From the NCBI GenBank assembly GCA_943371225.1, contig CALRUD020000002.1:142832-206831 (forward strand): 64,000 bases of DNA, in the 5' to 3' direction. Below are positions 1-12,367 of the stretch, piece by piece. The DNA comes from Rhizobium sp. Q54. GTDB lineage: Bacteria > Pseudomonadota > Gammaproteobacteria > Burkholderiales > Burkholderiaceae_C. The position numbers and the translations under genes are program-made. The notes under the pieces were generated by a model, which ran no database searches, was not told the origin of the DNA, and worked only from the letters and a program-made list of their open reading frames with translations. Within the stretch, counting starts at the first letter, position 1, and each line of letters opens with the position of its first letter.

Positions 1-1
1 C

Positions 2-1069
2 CTCGTCTGCAATTCGGATGAAGGCGAGCCGGGCACCTGCAAAGACCGCGACATCATGCAGTACAACCCGCACAGCGTGATTGAAGGCATGGCGATTGCC
101 GCCTACGCCATGGGCATCAGCGTCGGCTACAACTACATCCACGGCGAGATTTTCGCCACCTACCAGCGCTTTGAAGAGGCACTGGAAGAGGCCCGGGCAG
201 CCGGCCTGCTCGGCAACGGCATTTTGGGCAGCAGCTTCAACTTCCAGTTGCATGCCACCCATGGTTTTGGTGCCTACATCTGCGGTGAAGAGACTGCTCT
301 CCTCGAATCGCTGGAAGGCAAGAAGGGCCAGCCCCGCTTCAAGCCGCCGTTTCCGGCGAGCTTTGGCCTCTACGGCAAGCCCACCACCATCAACAACACC
401 GAGACCTTTGCGGCTGTGCCCTGGATCATCCGCAACGGCGGGCAGGCGTATCTGGAGTGCGGCAAGCCCAACAACGGCGGCACCAAGATTTACTCGGTCT
501 CTGGCGACGTCGAACTGCCTGGCAACTATGAGGTGCCAATGGGCACGCCATTTGCCAAGCTGCTGGAACTTGCCGGCGGTGTGCGCAATGCCAAGGAAGG
601 CCGCTCGCTGAAGGCGGTGATTCCGGGTGGCTCGTCTTCCCCAGTGCTGCCTGCGTCCATCATGATGGAGTGCACCATGGATTACGACTCCATCGCCAAG
701 GCCGGCTCCATGCTGGGCTCTGGCGCGGTGATCGTGATGGACGACACCCGTTGCATGGTGGAGTCGCTCAAGCGGCTTTCGTACTTCTACATGCACGAGT
801 CCTGCGGCCAGTGCACGCCCTGCCGCGAAGGCACGGGTTGGCTCTGGCGCGTGGTGGACCGCATCCACCGGGGTGAAGGCCGCCAGGGCGACATGGACCT
901 GCTCAACTCTGTGGCTGACAACATCCAGGGCCGCACCATCTGCGCGCTTGGCGACGCGGCCGCCATGCCGGTGCGCGCCATGATCAAGCACTTCCGCCAC
1001 GAATTCGAGGCCATGATCAAGCCCGCCGGCGCTGAAGCCCACACACCGGCTGCCGCCGTGCAAGCCTGA
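2..1069 (+). CDS. nuoF: NADH-quinone oxidoreductase subunit F (5'-truncated by window edge)
   Basis: Frame from base 2 reads [17 protein letters not shown]. Contains [17 protein letters not shown] and the Fe-S motif [10 protein letters not shown]...CALG. First gene of the nuo run. Confidence 0.97.
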   Translation, partial: LVCNSDEGEPGTCKDRDIMQYNPHSVIEGMAIAAYAMGISVGYNYIHGEIFATYQRFEEALEEARAAGLLGNGILGSSFNFQLHATHGFGAYICGEETALLESLEGKKGQPRFKPPFPASFGLYGKPTTINNTETFAAVPWIIRNGGQAYLECGKPNNGGTKIYSVSGDVELPGNYEVPMGTPFAKLLELAGGVRNAKEGRSLKAVIPGGSSSPVLPASIMMECTMDYDSIAKAGSMLGSGAVIVMDDTRCMVESLKRLSYFYMHESCGQCTPCREGTGWLWRVVDRIHRGEGRQGDMDLLNSVADNIQGRTICALGDAAAMPVRAMIKHFRHEFEAMIKPAGAEAHTPAAAVQA

Positions 1070-1088
1070 GTCCCGGAAAGAAAGCAAC

Positions 1089-3239
1089 ATGGTTGAAATA
1101 GAACTCGACGGCCAGAAGGTGGAGGTGCTCGAAGGCAGCACCGTGATGCACGCTGCCGAAAAAGCCGGCACCTACATCCCGCACTTCTGCTATCACAAGA
1201 AGCTGAGCATCGCGGCCAACTGCCGCATGTGCCTGGTCGACGTGGAAAAAGCCCCCAAGCCTATGCCTGCCTGCGCAACGCCAGTCACGCAAGGCATGGT
1301 GGTGCGCACCAAGAACGACAAAGCCATCAAGGCCCAGAAGGGCGTGATGGAGTTTCTGCTGATCAACCACCCGCTCGATTGCCCCATCTGCGACCAGGGC
1401 GGCGAATGCCAGTTGCAGGATCTCGCCGTCGGCTACGGCGGCAGCGAATCGCGCTACCAGGAAGAAAAGCGCGTGGTGTTCCACAAGAACGTCGGCCCGC
1501 TGATCTCGATGGAAGAGATGAGCCGCTGCATCCACTGCACCCGTTGCGTGCGTTTCGGTCAGGAAGTCGCCGGCGTGATGGAACTCGGCATGTCCCACCG
1601 CGGCGAGCACGCAGAGATCGAGACCTTTGTCGGCATGTCGGTGGACTCAGAACTCTCTGGCAACATGATCGACATCTGCCCGGTGGGCGCGCTCACCAGC
1701 AAGCCTTTCCGTTACAGCGCCCGTACCTGGGAACTGTCGCGCCGCAAGTCGGTCAGCCCGCACGATTCGACCGGTGCCAACCTGATTGTTCAGGTCAAGA
1801 ACAACAAGGTCATGCGCGTGGTGCCGCTGGAGAACGAAGAGGTCAACGAATGCTGGATTGCCGACCGCGACCGCTTCTCGTACGAGGCCCTGAACAGCGA
1901 CGAACGCCTGACCCGCCCCATGCTCAAGCAGGGCGGCGAGTGGAAAACCGTCGACTGGCAGACGGCACTTGAATATGTGGCCAACGGCCTGAAACAGATC
2001 AAGGCTGATCATGGCGCCGCCAGCATCGGCACGCTGGCCAGCCCGCACAGCACGCTCGAAGAGCTGTTCCTTGCCGCCTCGCTGATGCGGGGTCTGGGCA
2101 GTGACAACATCGATTACCGCCTTCGCAATGCAGAGTTTGCGGCACCGGCCGGCATCCGCTGGCTCGGCACCTCGATTGCCTCGCTGTCGCAATTGCAGCG
2201 TGCGCTGGTGGTGGGCTCCAACCTGCGCAAGGACCACCCGCTGTTCGCGCAGCGCATTCGCCAGTCCGTACGCAAGGGCTGTGCATTGAGCTCGGTCAAC
2301 TCGGCTGCCGAACTGGCGACGGCCGATGCCTGGGCGATGCCTGTGGCCCATGCGGTCACTGTGGAGCCTGCATTCTGGGTGCAAGCACTGGCGGACATTG
2401 CGGCGGCTATCGCTGCCGAAAAAGGCGTGGCCGCACCAGCCGCCGGTCAGGCCACTGAAGCGGCCCAGCGGATCGCCAAGTCGCTGCTCGGTGGCGAGCG
2501 TAAGGCCGTGCTGCTGGGCAACGCCGCCGCCCACCACGCGCAGGCCTCGACGCTGCTCGCGCTGGCGCAGTGGATTGCCGCACAAACTGGTACAACCGTC
2601 GGCTACCTGACGGAAGCTGCCAACACCGTGGGCGCCCAACTGGCTGGCGCATTGCCAGGCGCCAAAGGTTTGAGTGCAGCCGATATGCTGGGCGGCAAAC
2701 TCAAGGCCGCCATCCTGCTGAACACCGAACCCGAGTTCGACTCTGCTGCGGGTCGTCAGGCCCTGACAGGCCTGAACGCTGCGCAGATGGTCGTGACCTT
2801 GAGCCCGTTCAAGGCGAACATGGCGATCAGCGATGTGCTCTTGCCGATTGCGCCTTTCACCGAAACCTCAGGCACCTTCGTCAATGCCGAGGGCCGCATC
2901 CAGGGCTTCCACGCCGTGGTCAAGCCGTTGGGCGAGACCCGTCCCGCTTGGAAAGTACTGCGCGTGCTGGCCAACCTGCTGGGCTTGCCAGGTTTCGAAT
3001 TTGAATCCTCGCAAGAGGTGTTGCAGCAGATTCCGGATGCTGGCGCGAGCCATGTGCCCGCTGAGCGGCTGGACAACAGCAGCCAGACCGCTGTGGCTGT
3101 TTCGGGCGCGCCAGTGGCGGCCCCGGCAGTGGCTGCGATCTATCAACTCGACGGACTGGTGCGCCGCGCCAGTTCGCTGCAGATGACGGCTGATGCGCGT
3201 TCTGCTGCAGCGTCGAGCCGCGAAGGGGTGGCCGCATGA
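1089..3239 (+). CDS. nuoG: NADH-quinone oxidoreductase subunit G
   Basis: Fe-S motifs CYH...[25 protein letters not shown] and CPVGAL. Operon position. Confidence 0.97.
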   Translation: MVEIELDGQKVEVLEGSTVMHAAEKAGTYIPHFCYHKKLSIAANCRMCLVDVEKAPKPMPACATPVTQGMVVRTKNDKAIKAQKGVMEFLLINHPLDCPICDQGGECQLQDLAVGYGGSESRYQEEKRVVFHKNVGPLISMEEMSRCIHCTRCVRFGQEVAGVMELGMSHRGEHAEIETFVGMSVDSELSGNMIDICPVGALTSKPFRYSARTWELSRRKSVSPHDSTGANLIVQVKNNKVMRVVPLENEEVNECWIADRDRFSYEALNSDERLTRPMLKQGGEWKTVDWQTALEYVANGLKQIKADHGAASIGTLASPHSTLEELFLAASLMRGLGSDNIDYRLRNAEFAAPAGIRWLGTSIASLSQLQRALVVGSNLRKDHPLFAQRIRQSVRKGCALSSVNSAAELATADAWAMPVAHAVTVEPAFWVQALADIAAAIAAEKGVAAPAAGQATEAAQRIAKSLLGGERKAVLLGNAAAHHAQASTLLALAQWIAAQTGTTVGYLTEAANTVGAQLAGALPGAKGLSAADMLGGKLKAAILLNTEPEFDSAAGRQALTGLNAAQMVVTLSPFKANMAISDVLLPIAPFTETSGTFVNAEGRIQGFHAVVKPLGETRPAWKVLRVLANLLGLPGFEFESSQEVLQQIPDAGASHVPAERLDNSSQTAVAVSGAPVAAPAVAAIYQLDGLVRRASSLQMTADARSAAASSREGVAA

Positions 3240-4315
3240 TTGACACCATTTACGGCTTCGGTCAGGGGCTGATGGGCGGCATCTGGCCTGCGACTGTCTG
3301 GCCGGTGCTCTGGACGCTGATCAAGATTGTTTGCGTATTGCTGCCGCTGATGGGCTGCGTGGCCTACCTGACCCTGTGGGAGCGCAAGGCCATTGGTTTT
3401 ACGCAGATCCGTCTCGGCCCTAACCGGGTCGGCCCCTTCGGTCTGTTGCAGCCGATTGCCGACGCGCTGAAGCTGCTGACCAAGGAAATCATCATCCCTA
3501 CGGCGGCCAGCAAGGGTCTTTTTGTGCTCGGCCCCATCATGACCATCATGCCGGCACTGGCCGCGTGGGCGGTCGTACCGTTCGGGCCTGAAGTGGCTCT
3601 GGCCAACATCAACGCCGGCCTGCTGTTCCTGATGGCTATCACTTCGCTCGAAGTCTATGGCGTGATCATCGCCGGCTGGGCCTCCAACTCGAAATACGCT
3701 TTCCTCGGCGCCATGCGTGCCTCGGCGCAAATGGTGAGCTACGAGATCGCCATGGGTTTTTGTCTGGTGGTGGTGCTGATGGTGTCCGGCAGCTTGAACA
3801 TGACCGACATCGTCATGGGGCAGGGGCAGGGCATGGCCGCGAGCCAGGGCCTGAATTTCCTGTCGTGGAACTGGTTGCCGCTGCTGCCGATCTTCGTGGT
3901 GTATTTCATCTCCGGTCTGGCTGAAACCAACCGGCACCCGTTTGACGTGGTGGAAGGCGAGTCTGAGATCGTGGCCGGCCACATGGTCGAGTACTCCGGC
4001 ATGGCGTTCGCCATGTTCTTCCTGGCCGAATACGCCAACATGATTCTGGTGTCGGTGCTGTGCGTGATCCTGTTCTTGGGCGGTTGGTTGCCACCGATCG
4101 ACAGCGCGCTGTTCAACTGGATTCCCGGCTGGATCTGGCTCGGCATCAAATCCTTCATCGTGGTCACCCTGTTCCTGTGGGTGCGCGCCACGTTCCCGCG
4201 CTTTCGCTATGACCAGATCATGCGTTTGGGCTGGAAGATTTTCATCCCCGTGACCCTGGTCTGGCTGGTCGTCGTCGGCGCGTGGATGCAGACCCCGTAT
4301 TCACTCTGGAAATAA
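3236..4315 (+). CDS. nuoH: NADH-quinone oxidoreductase subunit H
   Basis: [22 protein letters not shown] and RFRYDQ motifs. ATGA overlap with nuoG. Confidence 0.97.
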   Translation: MIDTIYGFGQGLMGGIWPATVWPVLWTLIKIVCVLLPLMGCVAYLTLWERKAIGFTQIRLGPNRVGPFGLLQPIADALKLLTKEIIIPTAASKGLFVLGPIMTIMPALAAWAVVPFGPEVALANINAGLLFLMAITSLEVYGVIIAGWASNSKYAFLGAMRASAQMVSYEIAMGFCLVVVLMVSGSLNMTDIVMGQGQGMAASQGLNFLSWNWLPLLPIFVVYFISGLAETNRHPFDVVEGESEIVAGHMVEYSGMAFAMFFLAEYANMILVSVLCVILFLGGWLPPIDSALFNWIPGWIWLGIKSFIVVTLFLWVRATFPRFRYDQIMRLGWKIFIPVTLVWLVVVGAWMQTPYSLWK

Positions 4316-4326
4316 CTGGAAAAGTC

Positions 4327-4824
4327 ATGACTGCAGTTGCTTCTGTCAAAGATTTTGTGTCGAGCTTCATGCTCACCGAGCTGTTCAAGGGCATGGCCCT
4401 GACCGGCAAGTACATGTTCCGCCGCAAGATCACCGTCCAGTTCCCGGAAGAAAAGACGCCCCAAAGCCCGCGTTTTCGCGGCCTGCATGCGCTGCGTCGT
4501 TACGAGAACGGCGAGGAGCGCTGCATTGCCTGCAAGCTCTGTGAGGCCGTGTGCCCTGCCATGGCCATCACCATTGAATCCGACGTTCGTGAAGACGGCA
4601 GCCGCCGTACCTCGCGCTACGACATCGACCTGACCAAGTGCATCTTCTGCGGCTTCTGCGAAGAGAGCTGTCCGGTCGACTCGATTGTGGAAACCCATAT
4701 CTTCGAGTACCACGGCGAGAAGCGGGGCGACCTCTATTTCACCAAGGAAATGCTCCTGGCCGTGGGCGACCGCTACGAGACGGAGATTGCGGCCAACCGG
4801 GCTGCTGATGCCAAATACCGCTGA
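4327..4824 (+). CDS. nuoI: NADH-quinone oxidoreductase subunit I
   Basis: Two 4Fe-4S motifs, [12 protein letters not shown] and [12 protein letters not shown]. Start moved to MTAVAS because the ORF-track start lies inside nuoH. Confidence 0.96.
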   Translation: MTAVASVKDFVSSFMLTELFKGMALTGKYMFRRKITVQFPEEKTPQSPRFRGLHALRRYENGEERCIACKLCEAVCPAMAITIESDVREDGSRRTSRYDIDLTKCIFCGFCEESCPVDSIVETHIFEYHGEKRGDLYFTKEMLLAVGDRYETEIAANRAADAKYR

Positions 4825-4889
4825 TCGGGCCGCAGGGTGCGCTGAGTCAGGCGCCGCTCTTGATGCCACCAGAAAGAACTCATAAGAAC

Positions 4890-5546
4890 ATGGACGCTAA
4901 AACAGGGCTTTTCTATCTTTTCTCGGCGGTGCTGCTGTTTGCGGCCTTCCGGGTGATCACCGCGCGCAACCCGGTGCATGCGGCGCTGTATCTTGTGCTT
5001 GCGTTTTTTCAGGCGGCGGCGGTTTGGATTCTGCTGAAGGCTGAGTTCCTGGCCATCACGCTGGTGCTGGTGTACGTCGGTGCGGTGATGGTGCTGTTCC
5101 TGTTTGTGGTCATGATGCTGGACATCAACCTTGATAGCGTCCGCAAGGGCTTCTGGAAACACTTCCCGCTGGCAGGCAGTGTGGGCGCCATCATTGCGCT
5201 GGAGATGTCCTATGTCCTGATGGGTGGCTTCCGCGAGCCGCCGAAGATCGCCCCGGGTGTCGAGCAGATTGGTGCGCAGGTTTCGAACACCAAGGAGTTG
5301 GGCAAGCTGCTGTATTCCGAGTACATCTATCCGCTCGAAGTGGCGGCTGTCATCCTGCTGGTGGCCATCATTGCCGCCATCGCGCTGACCCTGCGTGAGC
5401 GCAAGGACTCCAAATACCAGAACCCGTCTGACCAGATCCGCGTGAAGCGCGCCGACCGCGTCAGCCTGATCAAGATGAAATCGGTCGTGGCGGCACCTGT
5501 TGCCAATGAAGCCGCTGAGGAAGCACCGCAGGAGAAGAAGCCATGA
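4890..5546 (+). CDS. nuoJ: NADH-quinone oxidoreductase subunit J
   Basis: NPVHAAL and [19 protein letters not shown] motifs. Start at MDAKTG. Confidence 0.95.
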   Translation: MDAKTGLFYLFSAVLLFAAFRVITARNPVHAALYLVLAFFQAAAVWILLKAEFLAITLVLVYVGAVMVLFLFVVMMLDINLDSVRKGFWKHFPLAGSVGAIIALEMSYVLMGGFREPPKIAPGVEQIGAQVSNTKELGKLLYSEYIYPLEVAAVILLVAIIAAIALTLRERKDSKYQNPSDQIRVKRADRVSLIKMKSVVAAPVANEAAEEAPQEKKP

Positions 5547-5851
5547 CCCTGACCCTTGGACATTTTCTTTCGCTCGGCGCGATGCTGTTCGCGTTGTCGG
5601 TCATCGGCATTTTCCTCAACCGAAAGAACCTGATCGTGCTGCTGATGGCCATCGAGTTGATGCTGCTCGCTGTCAACATGAACTTCGTGGCCTTCTCCTA
5701 CTACCTGAACGATATGGCCGGACAGGTCTTTGTTTTCTTCATTCTCACGGTAGCGGCTGCTGAATCAGCGATTGGCTTGGCCATTCTGGTGCTCTTGTTC
5801 CGCAACAAGTCCAGCATCAATGTCGATGAACTCAACACGCTCCAGGGCTAA
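5543..5851 (+). CDS. nuoK: NADH-quinone oxidoreductase subunit K
   Basis: [19 protein letters not shown] and [10 protein letters not shown] motifs. Confidence 0.97.
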   Translation: MTLTLGHFLSLGAMLFALSVIGIFLNRKNLIVLLMAIELMLLAVNMNFVAFSYYLNDMAGQVFVFFILTVAAAESAIGLAILVLLFRNKSSINVDELNTLQG

Positions 5852-5854
5852 ACA

Positions 5855-7879
5855 ATGAGCGCAACCCTTTCCGCATCGACCCTGCTGGCCGTTCCGCTGG
5901 CGCCACTGGCGGGCGCTTTGGCGGCTGGCATTCTGGGCACTTCTTTCGGCGGCAACTGGTTTGGCCGGCGACTGTCGCACACCCTGACCATTCTGGGCGT
6001 GCTGGTGGCGTTCATCCTCTCGGCGATGACGCTCAAGAGCGTCGCCATCGACGGTGCCCGTTTCAACGAGACGCTCTACACCTGGATGGTGGTCGGTGGT
6101 CTCAAGATGGAAATCGGCTTCCTGGTGGACGGCCTCACGGCCATGATGATGTGCGTGGTGACTTTCGTGTCGCTGATGGTCCACATCTACACCATCGGCT
6201 ACATGGAGGAAGACGACGGCTACAACCGTTTCTTTGCCTACATCTCTCTGTTCACGTTCTCCATGTTGATGCTAGTCATGAGCAACAACATGCTGCAGCT
6301 GTTCTTTGGCTGGGAGGCTGTCGGTCTGGTGTCTTATTTGCTGATCGGTTTCTGGTTCAACAAGCCGACCGCCATTTTTGCCAACATGAAGGCCTTCCTG
6401 GTCAACCGCGTGGGTGACTTCGGTTTCATCCTGGGCATTGGCCTGATCGCCGCGTACGCTGGCACGCTGAACTATGGCGAGGCGTTTGCCAAGGCGGATG
6501 AGCTGGCAAAAATCACCTTCCCCGGCACCGGCTGGATGCTGATCACCGTGGTCTGTATTTGCCTCTTCATCGGCGCCATGGGCAAGTCGGCCCAGTTTCC
6601 GCTGCACGTGTGGCTGCCCGATTCGATGGAAGGTCCCACACCGATCTCGGCGCTGATCCACGCAGCCACCATGGTCACGGCCGGTATCTTCATGGTGGCA
6701 CGCATGTCGCCCCTGTTTGAGCTCAGCGATGCAGCACTCAGCTTCATCATGGTGGTTGGTGCGATCACCGCGCTGTTCATGGGCTTTCTGGGCATTATCC
6801 AGAACGACATCAAGCGTGTGGTGGCTTACTCCACCTTGTCGCAGCTGGGCTACATGACGGTTGCGCTGGGCGCGTCGGCGTATTCTGTGGCGGTGTTCCA
6901 CCTGATGACGCATGCCTTCTTCAAGGCGCTGCTGTTCCTCGCGGCGGGCTCCGTGATCATCGGCATGCACCACAACCAGGACATCCGCTGGATGGGCGGC
7001 GTGCGCAAGTACATGCCGATCACCTGGATCACGTCACTGCTGGGTTCATTGGCCTTGATCGGTACGCCTCTGTTCGCGGGTTTCTACTCCAAGGACAGCA
7101 TCATCGAGGCGGTGCACTTCAGCACCTTGCCGGGTGCCGGGTTTGCCTACTTTGCCGTGCTGGCGGGCGTGTTTGTGACTGCCTTCTATTCCTTCCGGCT
7201 GTACTTCCTTGTTTTCCATGGCAAGGAGCGTTACGACCAAAACCCCGATGCGCATCACGACGACCACGGGCACCACGGCGATAACCACGGCGCTCACCAT
7301 CCGCATGAGTCGCCCTGGGTGGTCACGGTTCCGCTGATCCTGCTGGCGATCCCCTCGGTGGTGATTGGTTTTATCACCCTGCAGCCGATGCTGTTCGGCG
7401 AGTTTTTCAAGGACGCCATTTTTGTCGATGCCGCCCGGCACCCGGCCATGGCTGAATTGGCCAAGCTCATCCATGGCCCGTTGCAGATGGCTGGCCACGC
7501 GTTCTTCACGCTGCCGCTGTACCTGGCCCTGGCCGGTGTGGCCCTGTCGTATTACATGTACATGGTGAACCCGGCTTTGCCAGCGGCCATCCAGCGCAAG
7601 TTCCAGCCGCTGCACACGCTGCTGGACAACAAGTACTACCTCGACTGGTTCAACGAGAACGTGCTGGCACGTGGCGCGCGCGGGCTGGGTACGGCACTGT
7701 GGAAGGGGGGCGATCAGGCCTTGATCGACGGTGCGGTGGTGAATGGCTCGTGGAAGCTGGTGGGATTCATCTCCGGCATGGTGCGCAAGCTGCAGTCCGG
7801 CTTCATCTACCACTATGCGTTCGGCATGATCATTGGCGTGTTTGTGCTGATGACGTACTTCGTCTGGTTCAACCGCTGA
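5855..7879 (+). CDS. nuoL: NADH-quinone oxidoreductase subunit L
   Basis: GKSAQFPLHVWLPDSMEGPTPISALIHAATMV motif. Confidence 0.97.
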   Translation: MSATLSASTLLAVPLAPLAGALAAGILGTSFGGNWFGRRLSHTLTILGVLVAFILSAMTLKSVAIDGARFNETLYTWMVVGGLKMEIGFLVDGLTAMMMCVVTFVSLMVHIYTIGYMEEDDGYNRFFAYISLFTFSMLMLVMSNNMLQLFFGWEAVGLVSYLLIGFWFNKPTAIFANMKAFLVNRVGDFGFILGIGLIAAYAGTLNYGEAFAKADELAKITFPGTGWMLITVVCICLFIGAMGKSAQFPLHVWLPDSMEGPTPISALIHAATMVTAGIFMVARMSPLFELSDAALSFIMVVGAITALFMGFLGIIQNDIKRVVAYSTLSQLGYMTVALGASAYSVAVFHLMTHAFFKALLFLAAGSVIIGMHHNQDIRWMGGVRKYMPITWITSLLGSLALIGTPLFAGFYSKDSIIEAVHFSTLPGAGFAYFAVLAGVFVTAFYSFRLYFLVFHGKERYDQNPDAHHDDHGHHGDNHGAHHPHESPWVVTVPLILLAIPSVVIGFITLQPMLFGEFFKDAIFVDAARHPAMAELAKLIHGPLQMAGHAFFTLPLYLALAGVALSYYMYMVNPALPAAIQRKFQPLHTLLDNKYYLDWFNENVLARGARGLGTALWKGGDQALIDGAVVNGSWKLVGFISGMVRKLQSGFIYHYAFGMIIGVFVLMTYFVWFNR

Positions 7880-7919
7880 TCAGTTCAACAATAACCAAGA
7901 ATATCAAGGAAGAACAAGA

Positions 7920-9395
7920 ATGGGTTTGTTGAGTCTTGCCATCTGGATGCCAATCGCCTTCGGCGTGGTGTTGCTGGCGCTGGGTCGTGACGAGCAGGCG
8001 CGCAGCGTCCGCTGGATCGCGCTGATCGGTGCAGTTGCCAGCTTTCTGGTGACCCTGCCGCTGTACAGCGGTTTTCAGGCAGACACCTCGGCCATGCAGT
8101 TCGTGGAAAAGGCCGAGTGGATTGATCGTTTCAACGTCAATTACCACCTCGGTGTGGACGGCATCTCGCTGTGGTTCGTGCTGCTCACCGCCTTCATCAA
8201 TGTGGTCGTCATCATCGCCAGCTGGGAGGCGATCACCACGCGTGTGAACCAGTACATGGCCTCGTTCCTGATCCTCAGCGGCCTGATGATCGGTGTGTTT
8301 GCGGCGCTCGACGGCATCCTGTTCTACGTGTTTTTCGAGGCCACGCTGATCCCGATGTATCTCATCATCGGCATCTGGGGCGGACCGAACAAGATCTACG
8401 CGGCGTTCAAGTTCTTCCTCTACACACTGCTCGGCTCCCTGCTGATGCTGGTCGCGCTGATCTTTCTCTACAACAAGTCCGGCGGCAGTTTCGACATCCT
8501 GACCTGGCACAAGCTGCCGATGGGCAGCACGGTGCAGACGCTGCTGTTCTTCGCGTTCTTTGCCGCCTTCGCCGTGAAGGTGCCGATGTGGCCGGTACAC
8601 ACCTGGCTGCCAGACGTGCACGTCGAAGCACCCACCGGTGGCTCGGCCGTGCTGGCCGCCATCATGCTGAAGCTGGGTGCTTATGGCTTCCTGCGGTTCT
8701 CCATGCCGATTGCCCCAGACGCATCGCGTGAATGGGCCTGGATGATGATCGCCTTGTCGCTGATTGCCGTGATCTATGTGGGTCTGGTGGCGATGGTTCA
8801 GCGCGACATGAAGAAGCTGGTGGCTTACTCGTCGGTGGCCCACATGGGTTTTGTGACGCTGGGCTTCTTCATCTTCAACGACCTTGGCGTGTCGGGCGGC
8901 CTGGTGCAGATGATTGCACACGGCTTTGTGTCGGGCGCCATGTTCCTGTGCATCGGCGTGCTGTATGACCGGGTGCATTCGCGAGAGATTGCCAGCTATG
9001 GCGGCGTGGTCAACACCATGCCCAAGTTCGCTGCCTTTGCACTGCTGTTTGCGATGGCCAACTGCGGCCTGCCGGGCACCGCTGGTTTTGTCGGTGAGTG
9101 GATGGTGATCCTCGGCGCCGTGAAGTTCAATTTCTGGATCGGCGCCGCAGCGGCAACCGCCCTGATTTTCGGCGCGGCCTACACCTTGTGGATGTTCAAG
9201 CGGGTGTACCTCGGCCCGGTGGCCAACGATGATGTGCGCGCACTGAAAGACATCAACAGCCGCGAGTTCCTGGTGCTCGCGATTCTGGCGGTGGCCGTTC
9301 TCTACATGGGCATCTACCCCAAGCCTTTCACAGACGTGATGGACACCTCGGTGGCGGACCTGCTCAAGCATGTGGCCGCGTCCAAACTGAACTGA
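7920..9395 (+). CDS. nuoM: NADH-quinone oxidoreductase subunit M
   Basis: [21 protein letters not shown] and [13 protein letters not shown] motifs. Confidence 0.97.
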   Translation: MGLLSLAIWMPIAFGVVLLALGRDEQARSVRWIALIGAVASFLVTLPLYSGFQADTSAMQFVEKAEWIDRFNVNYHLGVDGISLWFVLLTAFINVVVIIASWEAITTRVNQYMASFLILSGLMIGVFAALDGILFYVFFEATLIPMYLIIGIWGGPNKIYAAFKFFLYTLLGSLLMLVALIFLYNKSGGSFDILTWHKLPMGSTVQTLLFFAFFAAFAVKVPMWPVHTWLPDVHVEAPTGGSAVLAAIMLKLGAYGFLRFSMPIAPDASREWAWMMIALSLIAVIYVGLVAMVQRDMKKLVAYSSVAHMGFVTLGFFIFNDLGVSGGLVQMIAHGFVSGAMFLCIGVLYDRVHSREIASYGGVVNTMPKFAAFALLFAMANCGLPGTAGFVGEWMVILGAVKFNFWIGAAAATALIFGAAYTLWMFKRVYLGPVANDDVRALKDINSREFLVLAILAVAVLYMGIYPKPFTDVMDTSVADLLKHVAASKLN

Positions 9396-9414
9396 CGCAC
9401 AACAAAGTATTCCG

Positions 9415-10917
9415 ATGATTGACAAACTTTCCTGGATTGCGGTCTACCCCGAGCTCGTGCTGCTGGTCATGGCCTGCGCGATCGCTCTGCTGGATCTGTG
9501 GGTGAAGTCTCCGCAGCGCACGCTGACCTACGTGCTGACGCTGGCCACCCTTGCCGTGGTGGCTGTGATGGAAGCCTTTTACGCCAGCAGTGGCCAGACC
9601 TACTATGGCTTCGGCAACATGGTGGTGGTGGACCCGATGGGTGGCTGGCTCAAATGCTTTGCCACCGTGGCTCTGATGGTGACGCTGGTCTACGGCCGGC
9701 CCTATGTCGCCCAACGCGACATGCTGCGCGGCGGCGAATTCTTCACGCTGAGCCTGTTTGCGCTGCTGGGCATGTTCGTGATGATCTCGGGTCACAACTT
9801 CCTGGTGATCTACATGGGCCTGGAGCTGATGACGCTCTCCAGCTACGCGCTGGTGGCCCTGCGCCGCGACAACGCCACCGCCACCGAAGCGGCCATGAAG
9901 TACTTCGTGCTGGGTGCGCTGGCGTCCGGTTTCCTGCTCTACGGCCTGTCGATGCTTTACGGCGCGACCGGCTCGCTCGATCTGAACGAAGTGTTTAACG
10001 CCATTGCCAGCCGTCAGGTCAAGCACCAGGTGCTGGTGTTTGGTCTGGTCTTCATCGTCGCGGGTCTGGCCTTCAAGCTGGGCGCGGTGCCTTTCCACAT
10101 GTGGCTGCCCGATGTGTACCAGGGCGCGCCCACGGCCATCACGCTGCTGATCGGTGCTGCACCGCAGCTTGCAGCGTTCGCCATCTGTATCCGCCTGTTG
10201 GTCGAGGGCATGCTGCCCCTGGCCATTGACTGGCAACAGATGCTGGCCCTGATGGCGATTGGCTCGCTGCTGGTCGGTAATCTAGCCGCCGTGGCGCAGA
10301 CCAACCTCAAGCGCATGCTGGCCTTCTCGACGATCTCGCAAATGGGTTTTCTGCTGCTCGGCTTGCTGGCCGGTGTCGTCAATGGCAACCAGATCAACAC
10401 CGAATCAGCTTACAGCGCGGCCATGTTCTACGCCGTCACCTATGTGCTGACCACGCTGGCTGCGTTCGGCATCATCCTGCTGCTTTCGCGTGCCGGCCAT
10501 GAGTCTGAAGAGATCAGCGATCTGGCTGGTCTGAACCAGCGCAGCCCGCTCTATGCCGGTGTGATGGCGATCAGCATGTTTTCTCTGGCGGGTCTGCCGC
10601 CGCTGGTCGGCTTCTATGCCAAGCTGGCGGTGCTGCAGGCGCTGGTGTCGTCGCAGCAGACCACCTATGTGGTGTTGGCCGTGTTTGCGGTGTTGATGTC
10701 TTTGGTGGGCGCGTTCTACTACCTGCGCGTCGTGAAGGTCATGTACTTCGATGCACCCCAGGGCGCCAACATCGGCGCGATTTCGGGTCCGGCCGATGCC
10801 AAGGTGGTGCTGTCGATCAACGGCGCGCTGATCCTGATTCTCGGTCTGGCGCCCGGCGGTCTGATGACGCTGTGCTCGCAGGCGATGAGCAGCGTCGTGA
10901 AGTCACTGGGCAGCTGA
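9415..10917 (+). CDS. nuoN: NADH-quinone oxidoreductase subunit N
   Basis: [15 protein letters not shown] and [20 protein letters not shown] motifs. Confidence 0.97.
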   Translation: MIDKLSWIAVYPELVLLVMACAIALLDLWVKSPQRTLTYVLTLATLAVVAVMEAFYASSGQTYYGFGNMVVVDPMGGWLKCFATVALMVTLVYGRPYVAQRDMLRGGEFFTLSLFALLGMFVMISGHNFLVIYMGLELMTLSSYALVALRRDNATATEAAMKYFVLGALASGFLLYGLSMLYGATGSLDLNEVFNAIASRQVKHQVLVFGLVFIVAGLAFKLGAVPFHMWLPDVYQGAPTAITLLIGAAPQLAAFAICIRLLVEGMLPLAIDWQQMLALMAIGSLLVGNLAAVAQTNLKRMLAFSTISQMGFLLLGLLAGVVNGNQINTESAYSAAMFYAVTYVLTTLAAFGIILLLSRAGHESEEISDLAGLNQRSPLYAGVMAISMFSLAGLPPLVGFYAKLAVLQALVSSQQTTYVVLAVFAVLMSLVGAFYYLRVVKVMYFDAPQGANIGAISGPADAKVVLSINGALILILGLAPGGLMTLCSQAMSSVVKSLGS

Positions 10918-10925
10918 GCGTCGCC

Positions 10926-11228
10926 ATGACCCAAACAACGTCCGTCTGGGCGGTGGTGCTGCTGGCTCTGGTGCTGGCCAACCTGCCTTTCCTCAATGAC
11001 CGATTGTTCGCGGTGATTCGTCTTTCCGCGCCCAAGAATCTGGCCGTGCGCCTCGGCGAGATGGTGGTCGGTTATTTTCTGGCGGGTGCTGTGGGTCTCG
11101 GGCTTGAGCAGCGAATGGGCCAGATCGCGCCGCAGGGATGGGAGTTCTATGCCATCACCAGCACGCTCTTCATCACCTTTGCCTTTCCCGGTTTCACCTG
11201 GCGCTATCTATTCAAGCCGCGCGGGTGA
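10926..11228 (+). CDS. DUF2818-like small membrane protein
   Basis: ANLPFL, GQIAPQGWEFYA and FAFPGFTWRYL motifs. This family typically follows nuoN in Betaproteobacteria (recalled). Confidence 0.75.
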   Translation: MTQTTSVWAVVLLALVLANLPFLNDRLFAVIRLSAPKNLAVRLGEMVVGYFLAGAVGLGLEQRMGQIAPQGWEFYAITSTLFITFAFPGFTWRYLFKPRG

Positions 11229-11830
11229 TCGCCGTGGTGCCTGCGGACTATTCCCCTGACCAGCATCTGCGGGAAACCACCACCGATTCAGCCGAGCTTT
11301 TCACCGGCCATTTTCTGAAAGCCCGGCGCGACATCGTGCGCCTGCCGGACGGCACGAACACCGTGCGCGAATACGTGGTCCATCCGGGCGCCGTGATGAT
11401 CATTGCGCAGCTCGATGACGGGCGCCTCGTGCTGGAGCGCCAGTACCGCTACCCGGTGGGACAGGTGATGATCGAGTTCCCCGCCGGCAAACTCGACCCG
11501 GGCGAAGATTCTCTGGCCTGTGCGCGCCGCGAACTGCTGGAAGAAACCGGCTACACCGCACGCCAGTGGGCCCGAGCCGGGGTGTTGCACCCGGTGATTT
11601 CCTATTCCACCGAGTTCATCGACATCTGGTTTGCCCGTGGGCTGACGGCTGGTGCCCGCCAGCTGGACGATGGCGAGTTTCTCGATGTGTTCACAGCCAC
11701 GCCCGCCGAAGTGCTGGCCTGGTGCGCCAGCGGTGCCGTGACCGACGCCAAGACCCTGACCGGCATGCTCTGGCTGCAAAACGTGGCCACTGGCGCATGG
11801 GTACTGGACTGGCAGGGCGCCGCCAGCTGA
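11225..11830 (+). CDS. NUDIX hydrolase (ADP-ribose pyrophosphatase-like)
   Basis: Nudix box PAGKLDPGEDSLACARRELLEETG. GTG start overlaps the upstream TGA (GTGA). Confidence 0.9.
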   Translation: MIAVVPADYSPDQHLRETTTDSAELFTGHFLKARRDIVRLPDGTNTVREYVVHPGAVMIIAQLDDGRLVLERQYRYPVGQVMIEFPAGKLDPGEDSLACARRELLEETGYTARQWARAGVLHPVISYSTEFIDIWFARGLTAGARQLDDGEFLDVFTATPAEVLAWCASGAVTDAKTLTGMLWLQNVATGAWVLDWQGAAS

Positions 11831-11851
11831 CGCCACTGCGATAATCGGGGC

Positions 11852-12352
11852 ATGAAGGTCCTCAATCTCCAGTGCGCGCACCAGCATGCCTTTGAGGGCT
11901 GGTTTGCGTCCGAAGATGACTTCCAGAGCCAGCGCACCCGCGGCCTGATTGCCTGCCCCCTGTGCGCCGACACGGCAATACACAAGCTGCCCAGCGCACC
12001 CCGGCTCAATCTGGGCTCATCACCACCCGTGACTGAAGTGGTATCACAGCCAGCAGCTGACGTCTCGGGAACCGCTCTGGCTGTCACCAACGGGCAGAAC
12101 GCGCCGCCGGCCCTTGGCATTTCGCCGGCGCAGCAGGCCGCCTTTCTTCAGGCCTTGCGCCAGGTGGTGGCGCAGACCGAAGACGTGGGTGAGAAATTTG
12201 CCGAGGAGGCGCGCCGCATGCATTACGGTGATGCCGAGGCCCGCAACATTCGTGGACAGACCAGTGCGCGCGAGGCCATGGAGCTGCTGGACGAAGGCAT
12301 TGAAGTGCTGCCGCTACCACTGCCCGCCTTGCTGAAAGAAACACTGCAGTGA
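11852..12352 (+). CDS. DUF1178-like protein (zinc ribbon)
   Basis: C..QHAFEGWFAS, CPLC and EDVGEKFAEEARRMHYG motifs. Confidence 0.85.
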   Translation: MKVLNLQCAHQHAFEGWFASEDDFQSQRTRGLIACPLCADTAIHKLPSAPRLNLGSSPPVTEVVSQPAADVSGTALAVTNGQNAPPALGISPAQQAAFLQALRQVVAQTEDVGEKFAEEARRMHYGDAEARNIRGQTSAREAMELLDEGIEVLPLPLPALLKETLQ

Positions 12353-12367
12353 ATGTGGTCCCCGCAG